A stretch of 64,000 nucleotides of DNA from assembly GCA_964369365.1 (NCBI GenBank), contig CAYJES010000001.1, positions 30,967 to 94,966 on the forward strand, given 5' to 3'. The DNA comes from an uncultured Lactobacillales bacterium (GTDB lineage Bacteria; Pseudomonadota; Alphaproteobacteria; CAYJES01). The notes beneath the pieces were generated by a model. That model made no database searches. It saw only the letters and a list, made by a program, of their open reading frames with translations, and was not told where the DNA came from. Shown piece after piece: positions 9,029-18,468 of this stretch. Position 1 is the first letter of the stretch. The number at the start of each line of letters is the position of its first letter. The position numbers were made by a program, and so were the translations under genes.

Positions 9029-9868
9029 TTAGCAATTGTTTAATTCCATAACAAAGTAAAAATTGAAATAATTACTTTTCACTACATAAACTTTTAACTT
9101 GTTTTTCCATTCTTCTGTAAAATTCTTATCTTTTTTCTTTTTACCTTTTTTATAAAAATCTCGCCATACTGAAAAATATGGATCTTCAATTTCTATTACA
9201 TTATCAATATAATTAAACGGCTTTAAGTTTTTGGAAAAAACATCTTGTATATTAAAATAGTTTTTCTTTCTTATTGATACATATTTTTTACATATAATGT
9301 GTACTTGATACTTCTCAGCCATTTCTTTTAATTTTTTAACTATATACTCATCAATATTTTTCTTTTTTTTGTTACGCTCTATTAAAAAATATTCTTCTAT
9401 ATAAACCACTTCAGACATTGATGCATTTTTTATAATCTTTTCAATCTGTTTAAAAGAATATTCAAAATTGTGATAAGTTTCTATTGGATAATGTTTATAC
9501 TTTTTGACTTCTTTTTCAAGTTCATTAATATCTAAATTTTTGATTTTTTTGGCATCGCAAAAATCGCTTTTTAAAATATTTTTGTAATGAGAGAAGTTAT
9601 TATCTCCCGCTATCCATAACAAATTTCCATCTTCATTTTGGCTCAACTTATCAGCAATTCCTAACATAATACTTTTATCAAATTTCTGTACGATTGAATT
9701 TCTAAGGGTTGTATTGACAATAAATGTCACTTCGCCCTTACGAAAACCCTGAATAGCATTATCAATTTCTTTTATTCCACAACAGGCGCCTTGCAAACCT
9801 GATTTAATTTTTTTAGCTTCTTCTATGAAATTATAAATACCTTGCTGCAATGTCATATTTTTATACAT
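9029..9868 (-). CDS. Hypothetical protein (279 aa), possibly a degenerate RecA/DnaB-C-terminal-like pseudo-ATPase.
   Basis: AAGGAGG RBS 6 nt upstream. SGLQGACCGIKEIDNAIQGFRKGEVTFIVNTT resembles the DnaB/KaiC strand-P-loop region but lacks GK[ST]. Confidence 0.3.
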   Translation of the reverse strand: MYKNMTLQQGIYNFIEEAKKIKSGLQGACCGIKEIDNAIQGFRKGEVTFIVNTTLRNSIVQKFDKSIMLGIADKLSQNEDGNLLWIAGDNNFSHYKNILKSDFCDAKKIKNLDINELEKEVKKYKHYPIETYHNFEYSFKQIEKIIKNASMSEVVYIEEYFLIERNKKKKNIDEYIVKKLKEMAEKYQVHIICKKYVSIRKKNYFNIQDVFSKNLKPFNYIDNVIEIEDPYFSVWRDFYKKGKKKKDKNFTEEWKNKLKVYVVKSNYFNFYFVMELNNC

Positions 9869-9937
9869 TTTAACCTCCTTATTAAATATCTATAAAAAGG
9901 ATAAAACTTATTTCCGACAAAGTATGTCGTATTACTT

Positions 9938-10447
9938 TTATTGAAAAGTTGTAATGTGCTCCGGATATGGCTTTATATTGTTCAGTTTATCTGCAAAAAA
10001 TGCGGGATATGCCTCATATTCTCTTAACTTTTCAATCGGCAACCATTCCATTCTTTCGGTTATTTCGCCGTTGAAAGTTTTGCTTTCTTTGGTTATTTCA
10101 ACTCTTTTACCTTTTGGCTTCATCAAAAAGAAAAAAGTTATTTCGTGGCATGCAAGCCCACTTAACATCCCGTCTTTTCGTTTGAAAAAGTTTTCTTGAA
10201 CAAATGCAAGCCTGTCTATTTCATAATATATGCCTACCTCCTCAGCCACTTCACGCAGAACGGCACTCTCTGCACTTTCACCTATTTCAACTGCCCCACC
10301 AATGGAATAATAATAATTTTCAGAATCATTCGTTGCAAAAAGAACATGATTTTCTTCGATTATAATTGCCGCTGCCCGCAACCTAAACCGCTTATTATCC
10401 GCTGTCTTATAACATACATCTTTAACTTCACTATTTACTATATTCAT
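9938..10447 (-). CDS. NUDIX hydrolase.
   Basis: Nudix box GGAVEIGESAESAVLREVAEEVGI (Gx5Ex7REUxEExGU). Confidence 0.75.
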   Translation of the reverse strand: MNIVNSEVKDVCYKTADNKRFRLRAAAIIIEENHVLFATNDSENYYYSIGGAVEIGESAESAVLREVAEEVGIYYEIDRLAFVQENFFKRKDGMLSGLACHEITFFFLMKPKGKRVEITKESKTFNGEITERMEWLPIEKLREYEAYPAFFADKLNNIKPYPEHITTFQ

Positions 10448-10466
10448 TTTATTTTTCTTTTATTTC

Positions 10467-10910
10467 CTATTCATAAATGCAGAAATGTTGATTTTTTGCT
10501 ATTAAATCAATTGCCTTTTTAACGTGGGGCAAAGTTTGTTCAGGCAGGTTATTTATATCAAAAAAAACAATTTCTTCGCATTTTTCTGGTTCGTTATTTT
10601 GAATTTGTCCTGAGAATTTTGTAGCTTTGATAAAAATATCAATTATATCGGTTGGATCGCCTTTATATGGCGCATTTGGACGTTGCATTGTTAACACAAC
10701 TTGCAAATCTTCTGGGGTTATGTCTATTCCTGCCTCTTCTTTTGCCTCTCTGATTATTGCATTTATAACTGTTTCGCCTTTTTCAGTGTGCCCTGCAATC
10801 ATGCTGTATTTACCAGCCAAAATTTCAGATTTACTTTTACTTAATAACACCTTTTCATCTTGGATTAATACTAGATACGCACCTATTAATGGTCTTTGAT
10901 TTCCTGTCAT
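10467..10910 (-). CDS. NUDIX hydrolase (second, adjacent paralogue).
   Basis: Nudix box AGHTEKGETVINAIIREAKEEAGI. Confidence 0.75.
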   Translation of the reverse strand: MTGNQRPLIGAYLVLIQDEKVLLSKSKSEILAGKYSMIAGHTEKGETVINAIIREAKEEAGIDITPEDLQVVLTMQRPNAPYKGDPTDIIDIFIKATKFSGQIQNNEPEKCEEIVFFDINNLPEQTLPHVKKAIDLIAKNQHFCIYE

Positions 10911-10912
10911 AA

Positions 10913-11587
10913 CTAATCTTTCCTTATTAAAATGTGATAGTGATAACTTTGACTTAGCTCGCCTTCTACTTCATAATATCTGCAAACGTGTTCAAGGTCA
11001 ACTATCTGAAATTCTTTGAATAACTCGCCTATTAAATCATAATCAGCATAAAAATGCGGAACTTTATATTCTGGACCTTGATCCATTCTAAGTTTAGTAT
11101 TTTCATCAACCATAGGCCAATCTTTTTTAAATCCCCACGTGTCCTTTGACCCTAAAGTTAGGTAACATTCCCCACCAGATTTAAGAATTCTATACAATTC
11201 TTTTATAATCTGCTTTACGCCATTTGTGTCGGTGTGAGAGATTACGTTTCTGCATAAAATACAGTCCATAGAATTATCTTGATATGGCAGATTTAACATA
11301 TCTCCTATGGCAAAATCGACAATAAGATTTTCCGTTTCTGCCCATTCTTTTGTTCTGGCTATGGCATTTTCACTTATGTCAAATGCAAACACATTAAAAC
11401 CATTTTTTGCAAATAAAATAGAATGCCTGCCTAAACCACAACCCAAGTCCAAAATTTCTTTTTTATGTTGAGAAATCCAACGACTAAGCAAATAAAAACT
11501 TTCCGGAGCAGGATTTTTCCAAACATTTTCATTGTCCCCAGAAACTATTTCCCAATTCCAACCAACCGATTTTATTATTTCATTCAT
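10913..11587 (-). CDS. Class I SAM-dependent methyltransferase.
   Basis: Motif I ILDLGCGLGRHS. Acidic motif II FAFDISE. Confidence 0.7.
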   Translation of the reverse strand: MNEIIKSVGWNWEIVSGDNENVWKNPAPESFYLLSRWISQHKKEILDLGCGLGRHSILFAKNGFNVFAFDISENAIARTKEWAETENLIVDFAIGDMLNLPYQDNSMDCILCRNVISHTDTNGVKQIIKELYRILKSGGECYLTLGSKDTWGFKKDWPMVDENTKLRMDQGPEYKVPHFYADYDLIGELFKEFQIVDLEHVCRYYEVEGELSQSYHYHILIRKD

Positions 11588-12084
11588 TTTGCACCTATCA
11601 CTTTATTTATATCTTTATCATTTTTTAAAATTATAACTTTATTAAAGTATTTTTCTTTTAAGGTATTAATATTCTCTTTTCCTTTTTTAAGATTTTCAAA
11701 ATTCCATTTTATTAGATTTATAATACTTTTGAATGTTTCGCCTTTACTTGCTAAAACACCTAACTTTCGTAGCAAAAATCTTTTTAAAATTCTAAAATTC
11801 CTAATATGAATATTTACATCAAGAACATAAATTTTATCAGCATTTTCAAAAGATTCATAAAGCCATGAAAAATATATACCTTCAATAATATAGTTCGAAT
11901 TTTGCATAAAGTCTTTTAATAATTTATGGCGTTCTTCTTTGTCTCTTTTTTGTCCGTAACCTTTTACATTATTATCCCAAAATATATCGTCAAGTTCAAG
12001 TAGAGGAATATTATGCTGTGACACAAGCTGTTTTGCAACGGTTGTTTTTCCACTGCCACTTTCGCCGATTATATGAATTTTCAT
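11584..12084 (-). CDS. P-loop NTPase / small kinase (adenylate-kinase or topology-modulation-like).
   Basis: Walker A IIGESGSGKTT at the N-terminus. Size 166 aa. Confidence 0.6.
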   Translation of the reverse strand: MKIHIIGESGSGKTTVAKQLVSQHNIPLLELDDIFWDNNVKGYGQKRDKEERHKLLKDFMQNSNYIIEGIYFSWLYESFENADKIYVLDVNIHIRNFRILKRFLLRKLGVLASKGETFKSIINLIKWNFENLKKGKENINTLKEKYFNKVIILKNDKDINKVIGAK

Positions 12085-12111
12085 ATATTACTGTCCTTTA
12101 AACTTTGCATT

Positions 12112-12639
12112 TTAATAATTTTCTATATGCGTCAAGTAAGTTGGAGGAATTATTCCATTTTTTAACACAATAAGATAATACGGAAGAAAGTAAAATCTTC
12201 TACCTTTTTCATCATTACAAACCGACCAATCAATAGAAGACAAATCAATATCATTAATATCTTCTAGCTTAATTAAAATTTCATCTCCGTTATAATTTTC
12301 TTCTACTGTATTTATATCAGCGGGAGGAGAATAATAAATATCTTCCAACAATCCATCCTTTTCAAGAGATAAAATATCAATAGATAGTAAATCAGAATTT
12401 TGAATAAACTCTTTAAGAGATAAACTTTCATCATGCCATTGAACGGGCTCAGTTAAAACGCGAACAGATTTAGACCTACCTTTAAAACTTTCCTCCATCC
12501 AATTAACAATTTCTAAATGAGTTTTAGCATTTGCACGTTTTTTATAATATCCTAATTCTGCATTTGGATTTTTAGCAAAAGATAAAATACCTTCTTCTAA
12601 AACTTTACTTCCTTTGGGCACATAATGATAAATTTTCAT
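12112..12639 (-). CDS. Hypothetical protein (175 aa).
   Basis: ORF lies in the co-directional gene array. No motif recognised. Confidence 0.4.
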   Translation of the reverse strand: MKIYHYVPKGSKVLEEGILSFAKNPNAELGYYKKRANAKTHLEIVNWMEESFKGRSKSVRVLTEPVQWHDESLSLKEFIQNSDLLSIDILSLEKDGLLEDIYYSPPADINTVEENYNGDEILIKLEDINDIDLSSIDWSVCNDEKGRRFYFLPYYLIVLKNGIIPPTYLTHIENY

Positions 12640-12706
12640 GATAACCTCTCCTTACTAAAATATTATAGAGGAAATTATGTTAATAAGCTATTTAAACAGC
12701 AAAACT

Positions 12707-13348
12707 CTATTTCTTAGATGGCATAGGATCGTGATAGCCTGCTATTTCGCCATTGCCTATGCGCCATAAATACAAACTTGCCACAGACGCATAAGGAGAA
12801 TATCTGTTTTTATATTTTTCAAATAGCTGCTTAGTGATTTTCTTATGACGATATAACATTCTTAAACCCCTTTGAATTATCAAATCATCATAGGCTATTA
12901 TATTCATTCGGTTCATTGAAAAAATCATTAACATCTGGGCTGTCCATTTGCCTATTCCTTTTAGGTTTGATAGTTTTTCACAAACCGCTTCATCGTCTAA
13001 ATCAAATAGAGATTGCAAATCCAAGTTGCCTGCAACAATTTCATTGGAAACATTTTTAATGTAATCAACTTTGCGATACGTTAACCCGCAAGATTGCAAT
13101 TCGTCATCAGAAAATTTTAATATGTTTAGGGGAGTAATTTCACCCACTTTATCCCTAAACCGTTCATAGATGGTAACGTGAGCTTTCCTGGAAATCTGTT
13201 GACCTATTATTGCATTAATCAGCGAATCAAATAAATCTGGATAGGTTTCTCTTTTTATGAAACCAATTTTATCAATAGCCTCGCCTAAACGCTTATCTTT
13301 TGACTTTAAATGGTTTAGGTGGCTTTCATCATATTCTAAAAAATTCAT
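12707..13348 (-). CDS. HhH-GPD DNA glycosylase (AlkA/3-methyladenine glycosylase II-like).
   Basis: HhH-GPD region LKGIGKWTAQMLMIFSMNRMNIIAYDDLIIQRGL with the catalytic Asp. Confidence 0.65.
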   Translation of the reverse strand: MNFLEYDESHLNHLKSKDKRLGEAIDKIGFIKRETYPDLFDSLINAIIGQQISRKAHVTIYERFRDKVGEITPLNILKFSDDELQSCGLTYRKVDYIKNVSNEIVAGNLDLQSLFDLDDEAVCEKLSNLKGIGKWTAQMLMIFSMNRMNIIAYDDLIIQRGLRMLYRHKKITKQLFEKYKNRYSPYASVASLYLWRIGNGEIAGYHDPMPSKK

Positions 13349-14430
13349 TACTCTACTGCATTTTCCAAAATTGAAAAAGTTTTAGATGTTGGATTTATTT
13401 CAGCCAAAGCACCATAAGGAAGTATAAACATCGGTACAGTATGTCCAAAATCCATATTGGTTATAATCGCTAAATCTTGCCTGTCATATTCTTTACAAAC
13501 CGATAATAAAACTTTATCAAAATCTTCGTATCCTACCAACCACTTTGCTTTTTCTACGGTTTCATTTGGGAAAAATTCGCCGCCAGGACGACCAAATATA
13601 ATACCATTTAATTTTTCCAATATCCCAGAGGCTCCTAAATTTCTAAGGAAATATTTAAACGTATCAGGAGATATTTTTTCTTCTGAATTTTCCAAAAACA
13701 AAATTACATTTTCAAAATCTTTTACATCTGGAAACAAACTTGTGCCTAAGCTAAATTGCAAAAGACATTCGGTACATCCACCAATTAACCTGCCTTGTAC
13801 TGTTTTGTTACCTTGAATATAACGCCAACCAGGTGCTTTTTCCCTTTTCCGTATAAAAGGTTCTTTGCCCCAATCTGATATTTCAACTATAAATTCATCG
13901 CTTTCTGGGATAATTCCTATTTCATTATTATCAAACAAAGTCTTTTTTGTGTTTTCTATCATATAATCTGGGATACCGCCATTTTCTGCATATCCAAACA
14001 TTGTACAAGCGCTGTAAAAAGATGACAATCCTGCCTTGTAACACATTAGGTGATTTATCGTTGTATCGCTCATCCCTAAAAATATTTTTGGATTATTCCT
14101 TATAATTTCGAAATGTTCATCATTCATAAAACGCAATAAACGAATAGTATCATCTCCGCCTATATTGCATAAAACTGCTTTTACTTCTGGATTTTTAAAT
14201 GCCCACATCAAATCGTCTAAACGCATTTGCGGGTTATCGTATAATTCCCCAGCAGATTTGACAGAGTTTGGAGCCTCCACCATTTTTACTTCAAAAGTTT
14301 CTTTGAATTGTTGTATTCCTTGAAGATATCTAGAATGAAAAGTATTTGCCCCGCCCCATGACAATGAAACGGTTGCAACCACATCGCCTTTTACCAGCGC
14401 TTTTGGCTTTATAAATTTTTTATTTTGCAT
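13348..14430 (-). CDS. S66 family LD-carboxypeptidase (MccF/LdcA-like).
   Basis: N-terminal KGDVVATVSLSWG layout and overall S66 architecture. Size 360 aa. Confidence 0.6.
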   Translation of the reverse strand: MQNKKFIKPKALVKGDVVATVSLSWGGANTFHSRYLQGIQQFKETFEVKMVEAPNSVKSAGELYDNPQMRLDDLMWAFKNPEVKAVLCNIGGDDTIRLLRFMNDEHFEIIRNNPKIFLGMSDTTINHLMCYKAGLSSFYSACTMFGYAENGGIPDYMIENTKKTLFDNNEIGIIPESDEFIVEISDWGKEPFIRKREKAPGWRYIQGNKTVQGRLIGGCTECLLQFSLGTSLFPDVKDFENVILFLENSEEKISPDTFKYFLRNLGASGILEKLNGIIFGRPGGEFFPNETVEKAKWLVGYEDFDKVLLSVCKEYDRQDLAIITNMDFGHTVPMFILPYGALAEINPTSKTFSILENAVE

Positions 14431-14683
14431 CTGCTATCCCTCCTTCTATTCCAAAAATTATTTTTAAATTATTGCGTGATTTTGTTAAAATTTTAAAACC
14501 TGTGCCATCTATCACAAATGACTTTTTAAAAATCCAAAAACGGAAATAGTATGACTTTTCTTTTAATTTTATTTTTTCCTTGGTTCTATATTCAGTTCCG
14601 TCTTCATTTTCAACCTCAACGCTTCTGCCCAGACCATATTTATTATTATCAAAATCCAATCCATATTCAATAAATATCTTCAT
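14420..14683 (-). CDS. Small hypothetical protein (87 aa).
   Basis: ORF only, wedged between the MFS and LD-carboxypeptidase genes with an 11-nt overlap. Confidence 0.3.
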   Translation of the reverse strand: MKIFIEYGLDFDNNKYGLGRSVEVENEDGTEYRTKEKIKLKEKSYYFRFWIFKKSFVIDGTGFKILTKSRNNLKIIFGIEGGIADAK

Positions 14684-15874
14684 TTAGATTTTCCTTTTTT
14701 TGTAAAATTTTCTTTTGTTTTTTACACCTGCCACAAAACCCAATTTAACAAGCAATTGGATAATTGCCAATAATAAAACACAAATCATAGGCGAAGTAAA
14801 ATCAGCTATGAGACCAAAAATATACATAAAAATGCCTGTTGCTATTCCTTTTATAAAAGCAATTATAGAACCCATTGTTGCCCTTTGTTCTGAGGTAAAT
14901 TCTTTTTGCATTATTTCTTTATTAGACGTCAGGCTTGGTCCATAAAAAAGATTAGAAATGCTCATCAAAAATGGAGTTACAAAGGTATTCATCAAAACTG
15001 AAATAATTTTTATCACTGATGAGGCTATCAAAGAAGTGAATAAAATTTTGATAGTACTATATTTTTTTAATCTAGGAACAATGAAAAAGCCCAAACCTCC
15101 ACAGATTTGTTTAAACGCTTTTGCTACCGTTACCACCCAAATAGGAACCAATGTAGCGAAATAAGCAAGTTCAAAACGATGCGAAGTCATTCCTAACGAA
15201 TTGCTTATTATATTTATAGAGGAAAAAAACATTAACTTTCTATTTTTTATTATTTCTTTAAAGGCTTTTACAAAATGACTTAGGCTGTTTATTTCGTGAG
15301 TTTTGGTTAATTTAGCTGGCTCTATATAAAAACAAGCAACAATTAATGACCCTAAGATAGGAAGACAAGAAATCCACGCCAAAACAACCATATCAAAATA
15401 ATATGTGATAAAAGCCGCACTTATTGCTGCCGAACCTAGCCCTACTTGATTCCAAAAATTATATCTGGAAAAAAGTACTGAAAAATCTCGTTTATCACCT
15501 AATTCCTCCATAGTTTCATACATAAGAGCTTCATCAGTTCCTGATAAAAAAGCATCACTTATCCCAAATAAGACAGCCCCAATAAAAAGCAATAAAATAT
15601 AATCAAAAGTTCCAGCCAATGCCCATAAAAGTGCTGATAAAACAAAAAGAAATCCTGATAAAATTAGCGTTTTCTTCCTGCCTATTTTATCGGAATAAAT
15701 GCCTGCTGGTATTTCCATTATTGATTGAATAATGAATGAAGTTGAAAACACCAACATCGCCGTTGCATAACTGTTTGTTATGCTTTCGAAATAAACAACA
15801 AACAATGCCGACAGAGGAAATAGCCCATCGAAAAATCCATTAATTTTAAAAAGTGTTATATTGCGTTTAATCAT
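14684..15874 (-). CDS. MFS-type transporter (~12 TM).
   Basis: Hydrophobic TM-rich protein. MFS signature-like DKIGRKKTLILSG loop. Paralogue of 19531..20712. Confidence 0.7.
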   Translation of the reverse strand: MIKRNITLFKINGFFDGLFPLSALFVVYFESITNSYATAMLVFSTSFIIQSIMEIPAGIYSDKIGRKKTLILSGFLFVLSALLWALAGTFDYILLLFIGAVLFGISDAFLSGTDEALMYETMEELGDKRDFSVLFSRYNFWNQVGLGSAAISAAFITYYFDMVVLAWISCLPILGSLIVACFYIEPAKLTKTHEINSLSHFVKAFKEIIKNRKLMFFSSINIISNSLGMTSHRFELAYFATLVPIWVVTVAKAFKQICGGLGFFIVPRLKKYSTIKILFTSLIASSVIKIISVLMNTFVTPFLMSISNLFYGPSLTSNKEIMQKEFTSEQRATMGSIIAFIKGIATGIFMYIFGLIADFTSPMICVLLLAIIQLLVKLGFVAGVKNKRKFYKKRKI

Positions 15875-16470
15875 ATATTTCTTACATCTTCTATTGAATT
15901 AAATAAAACGGCTTGCATTCCTAATTCTTTTGCTGTTGCAAAGTTTTTAGGGCAATCATCTATAAGAACCATTTCGCAATAAGGTATCCCTAATTCTTTT
16001 TTTACATATTCGAAAAAACCTTTTTCTGGTTTTGCTATTCCTATTTTTGCAGATGTAAAAACCTCATCAAATAAAATATGCCATTCTGAAAACTTGTTCC
16101 ATAAATAATTCATACGAATATGAGGCTGGTTCGATGCTATATGAAGATAATGACCCTGTTGTTTTTTATTTTTTATCCATTCAAACACATCTAAATTAAG
16201 CCTTGCATCACGCGACAACCAATATTCTAACAACTCATCCGAAGTCATAAGTATCTTATGTTTTTCAATAAATGGAATTATATAATCGTTTATTTCAGTG
16301 TTTGCAAAAAGCGCCGTTATAAAATTATTATCAAACAGCTCTTCAAAAATATTTCCATTAATTCCAAAATCATTTTCAAAATTTTCTACCCAATAAAAAT
16401 GCTCTTTGCCATTTTCATCAGTGTAAAAAGCATCAAGCAGTGTATTGTCTAAGTCTATTAAATAATGCAT
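15871..16470 (-). CDS. HAD-superfamily hydrolase.
   Basis: N-terminal DxD (IDLDNTL). Distal LIDD motif typical of HAD phosphatases. Confidence 0.6.
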   Translation of the reverse strand: MHYLIDLDNTLLDAFYTDENGKEHFYWVENFENDFGINGNIFEELFDNNFITALFANTEINDYIIPFIEKHKILMTSDELLEYWLSRDARLNLDVFEWIKNKKQQGHYLHIASNQPHIRMNYLWNKFSEWHILFDEVFTSAKIGIAKPEKGFFEYVKKELGIPYCEMVLIDDCPKNFATAKELGMQAVLFNSIEDVRNI

Positions 16471-16480
16471 GCAGTTTCCT

Positions 16481-17026
16481 TTACATTAAATCTTTTTTGA
16501 GTTTGGCTATATATTCTTTTGCGAAAGTGTTTGCTTTTTCATGAACTGGGATTGTTTCTGGCAAATAACATTTATTTTTATCTATCACATATTTTCCCAT
16601 GAATTCGATTGTTTCCATTAACCCTTGTCCTCTTGCGGTGCCAGTAAGCAAACATTTAGTTAGCAAATATGTTTCGCCACCCTCTATCACATGAGCATCG
16701 TGTAAAATTTTACCCTCTAGCGTTTCTGGCTCTTGTGAACGTTGAGATTCATTTGCTATTTTTAAAATAAACTCAGCATCATTTTCAGAAACATTTTGTG
16801 ATGAAAGCCAGTCTCTTATTTTTGGTTCATGAGAATAAACGAATCCATGAAAATATCCAGCTATCATTAGTTTTTCATAATCAATTTCTTTATAATTTCC
16901 CCAACTTATAACCTTATCTACATACTTTAACACAAGCGTTATATGATTCATATTATGCATTAAATCTTTATCTGCGTAATATGGCGTTACAAATTCAATT
17001 AATTTATTTTCATCAATTATCTTCAT
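16481..17026 (-). CDS. HD-domain phosphohydrolase-like protein.
   Basis: His/Asp motifs (HNMNH ... HDAHV). Size 181 aa. Confidence 0.45.
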   Translation of the reverse strand: MKIIDENKLIEFVTPYYADKDLMHNMNHITLVLKYVDKVISWGNYKEIDYEKLMIAGYFHGFVYSHEPKIRDWLSSQNVSENDAEFILKIANESQRSQEPETLEGKILHDAHVIEGGETYLLTKCLLTGTARGQGLMETIEFMGKYVIDKNKCYLPETIPVHEKANTFAKEYIAKLKKDLM

Positions 17027-17547
17027 AAATTGTCCTCAATTACTCTAAATACTTTTTTGTAATCTTTAAAGTTTTTGCATTTTATTACAGGGATTGATGT
17101 CGTTTTTAAATAATCTTTTATTTCTGCATTTATTTCTTGTCCGCCTACATCATAATCACGAATTTTTTTAAGCGTTATCTTGCGGTAATGATAAGCTTGG
17201 ACAGGCAATTCCTTATCTATATCTTTTCCAATTAATTTTTTTGCCTTTATAAATCTTGTAGTAAAACGCCATATCGCAATAAACCTGTTAATTCTCATAT
17301 CTACTATTAAATCTGGGGTAGTTTTTTCGTATAAATATTTTTGACAACCCTCCATAACCCATGAATTGTTTTGCAATAAAAAATTATCTAGTTTTTTATA
17401 TTGTTCTTCTTTTTCATAATAGCTTCCGTCCTTTGGGCGTCTGCATATTTCATCTATTATAAGACGGGGCATTCCATATTTTTTATTAATCGTATAGGCT
17501 AGTGTAGATTTTCCTGCGCCTAATGGCCCTATTACTAATATTTTCAT
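17023..17547 (-). CDS. P-loop NTPase / small kinase (paralogue of 11584..12084).
   Basis: Walker A VIGPLGAGKSTL. Confidence 0.6.
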   Translation of the reverse strand: MKILVIGPLGAGKSTLAYTINKKYGMPRLIIDEICRRPKDGSYYEKEEQYKKLDNFLLQNNSWVMEGCQKYLYEKTTPDLIVDMRINRFIAIWRFTTRFIKAKKLIGKDIDKELPVQAYHYRKITLKKIRDYDVGGQEINAEIKDYLKTTSIPVIKCKNFKDYKKVFRVIEDNL

Positions 17548-17555
17548 TGATGCTA

Positions 17556-18395
17556 TTATTCTTCCAGTGATTTTAGGGCGGAATCAGCTGCTAGTTTATC
17601 AATTATTGCTTTTACATAAATATCGATTACACTCCCTTCGGAATAATCTGCTGGGGCTGAGATGTTAACTCTATCACCGTCGATTAATCCTTGTACCTTT
17701 TCTTTTGCAAATAGATCATCATGTTTGTAAACTGCTATTGAATGTCCTTTTTCGTTTTTTATAATCTTCATACATGGCACATCGGTATCACCATCACCAA
17801 TATAAACCATGCTAGAAAAAGGAACAGGTCTGTTGTCTGGGTCTGAATAGCTGTTTATTAATTTATTATCTGATATATCTTCGCAACCTTTATTTATTCT
17901 GAATAAATATTGCGTTTTAGATGTGTAATTCAGCACAATCGCAGGCCAATAGGCAACTCCATTAGCATCATACATAAATGAAGAAGCAAAAATTTGAGTG
18001 AATTCTGATGCTATTTTAGTTCCCTCAACAATTTCTTTTAGTCCTGATGAAATTATATAATGCTTTAAATCAATTCCTTTTGTTGCAGCATATTCATTTA
18101 CCCTAGAAAACCATCCTTCTACCCCTGGGAAAAGCGTTATGTTTTTACCGTAATTGTTTAAGGTTTCGCGTTTAAAAGGCAAGTCTTTGTTTCTTGTTTC
18201 TTTTAACATCATATACATATATGCGCTGACTTCATCACCTTGCTGTTCTTTTGCAAGACCATTAGATTTAACCCAAAAATCCTTAGGGCTATCAATACCT
18301 AAAGCGTTCATAAAGTCGTATTCTTGCATATTGCCAGGAGATAGTGTCCCGTCAAAATCATAACATATTACCATAGGTGTTAATTTCTTAGTCAT
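17556..18395 (-). CDS. HAD-like phosphatase.
   Basis: N-terminal DFDGTL motif. C-terminal GDGDTD motif. Confidence 0.6.
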   Translation of the reverse strand: MTKKLTPMVICYDFDGTLSPGNMQEYDFMNALGIDSPKDFWVKSNGLAKEQQGDEVSAYMYMMLKETRNKDLPFKRETLNNYGKNITLFPGVEGWFSRVNEYAATKGIDLKHYIISSGLKEIVEGTKIASEFTQIFASSFMYDANGVAYWPAIVLNYTSKTQYLFRINKGCEDISDNKLINSYSDPDNRPVPFSSMVYIGDGDTDVPCMKIIKNEKGHSIAVYKHDDLFAKEKVQGLIDGDRVNISAPADYSEGSVIDIYVKAIIDKLAADSALKSLEE

Positions 18396-18468
18396 TACAT
18401 AATCTCCTTTAAAGTTGAATTTATTAATTTTTTATAGTATATAATATTTTTAAATAAAAGGAAACATC

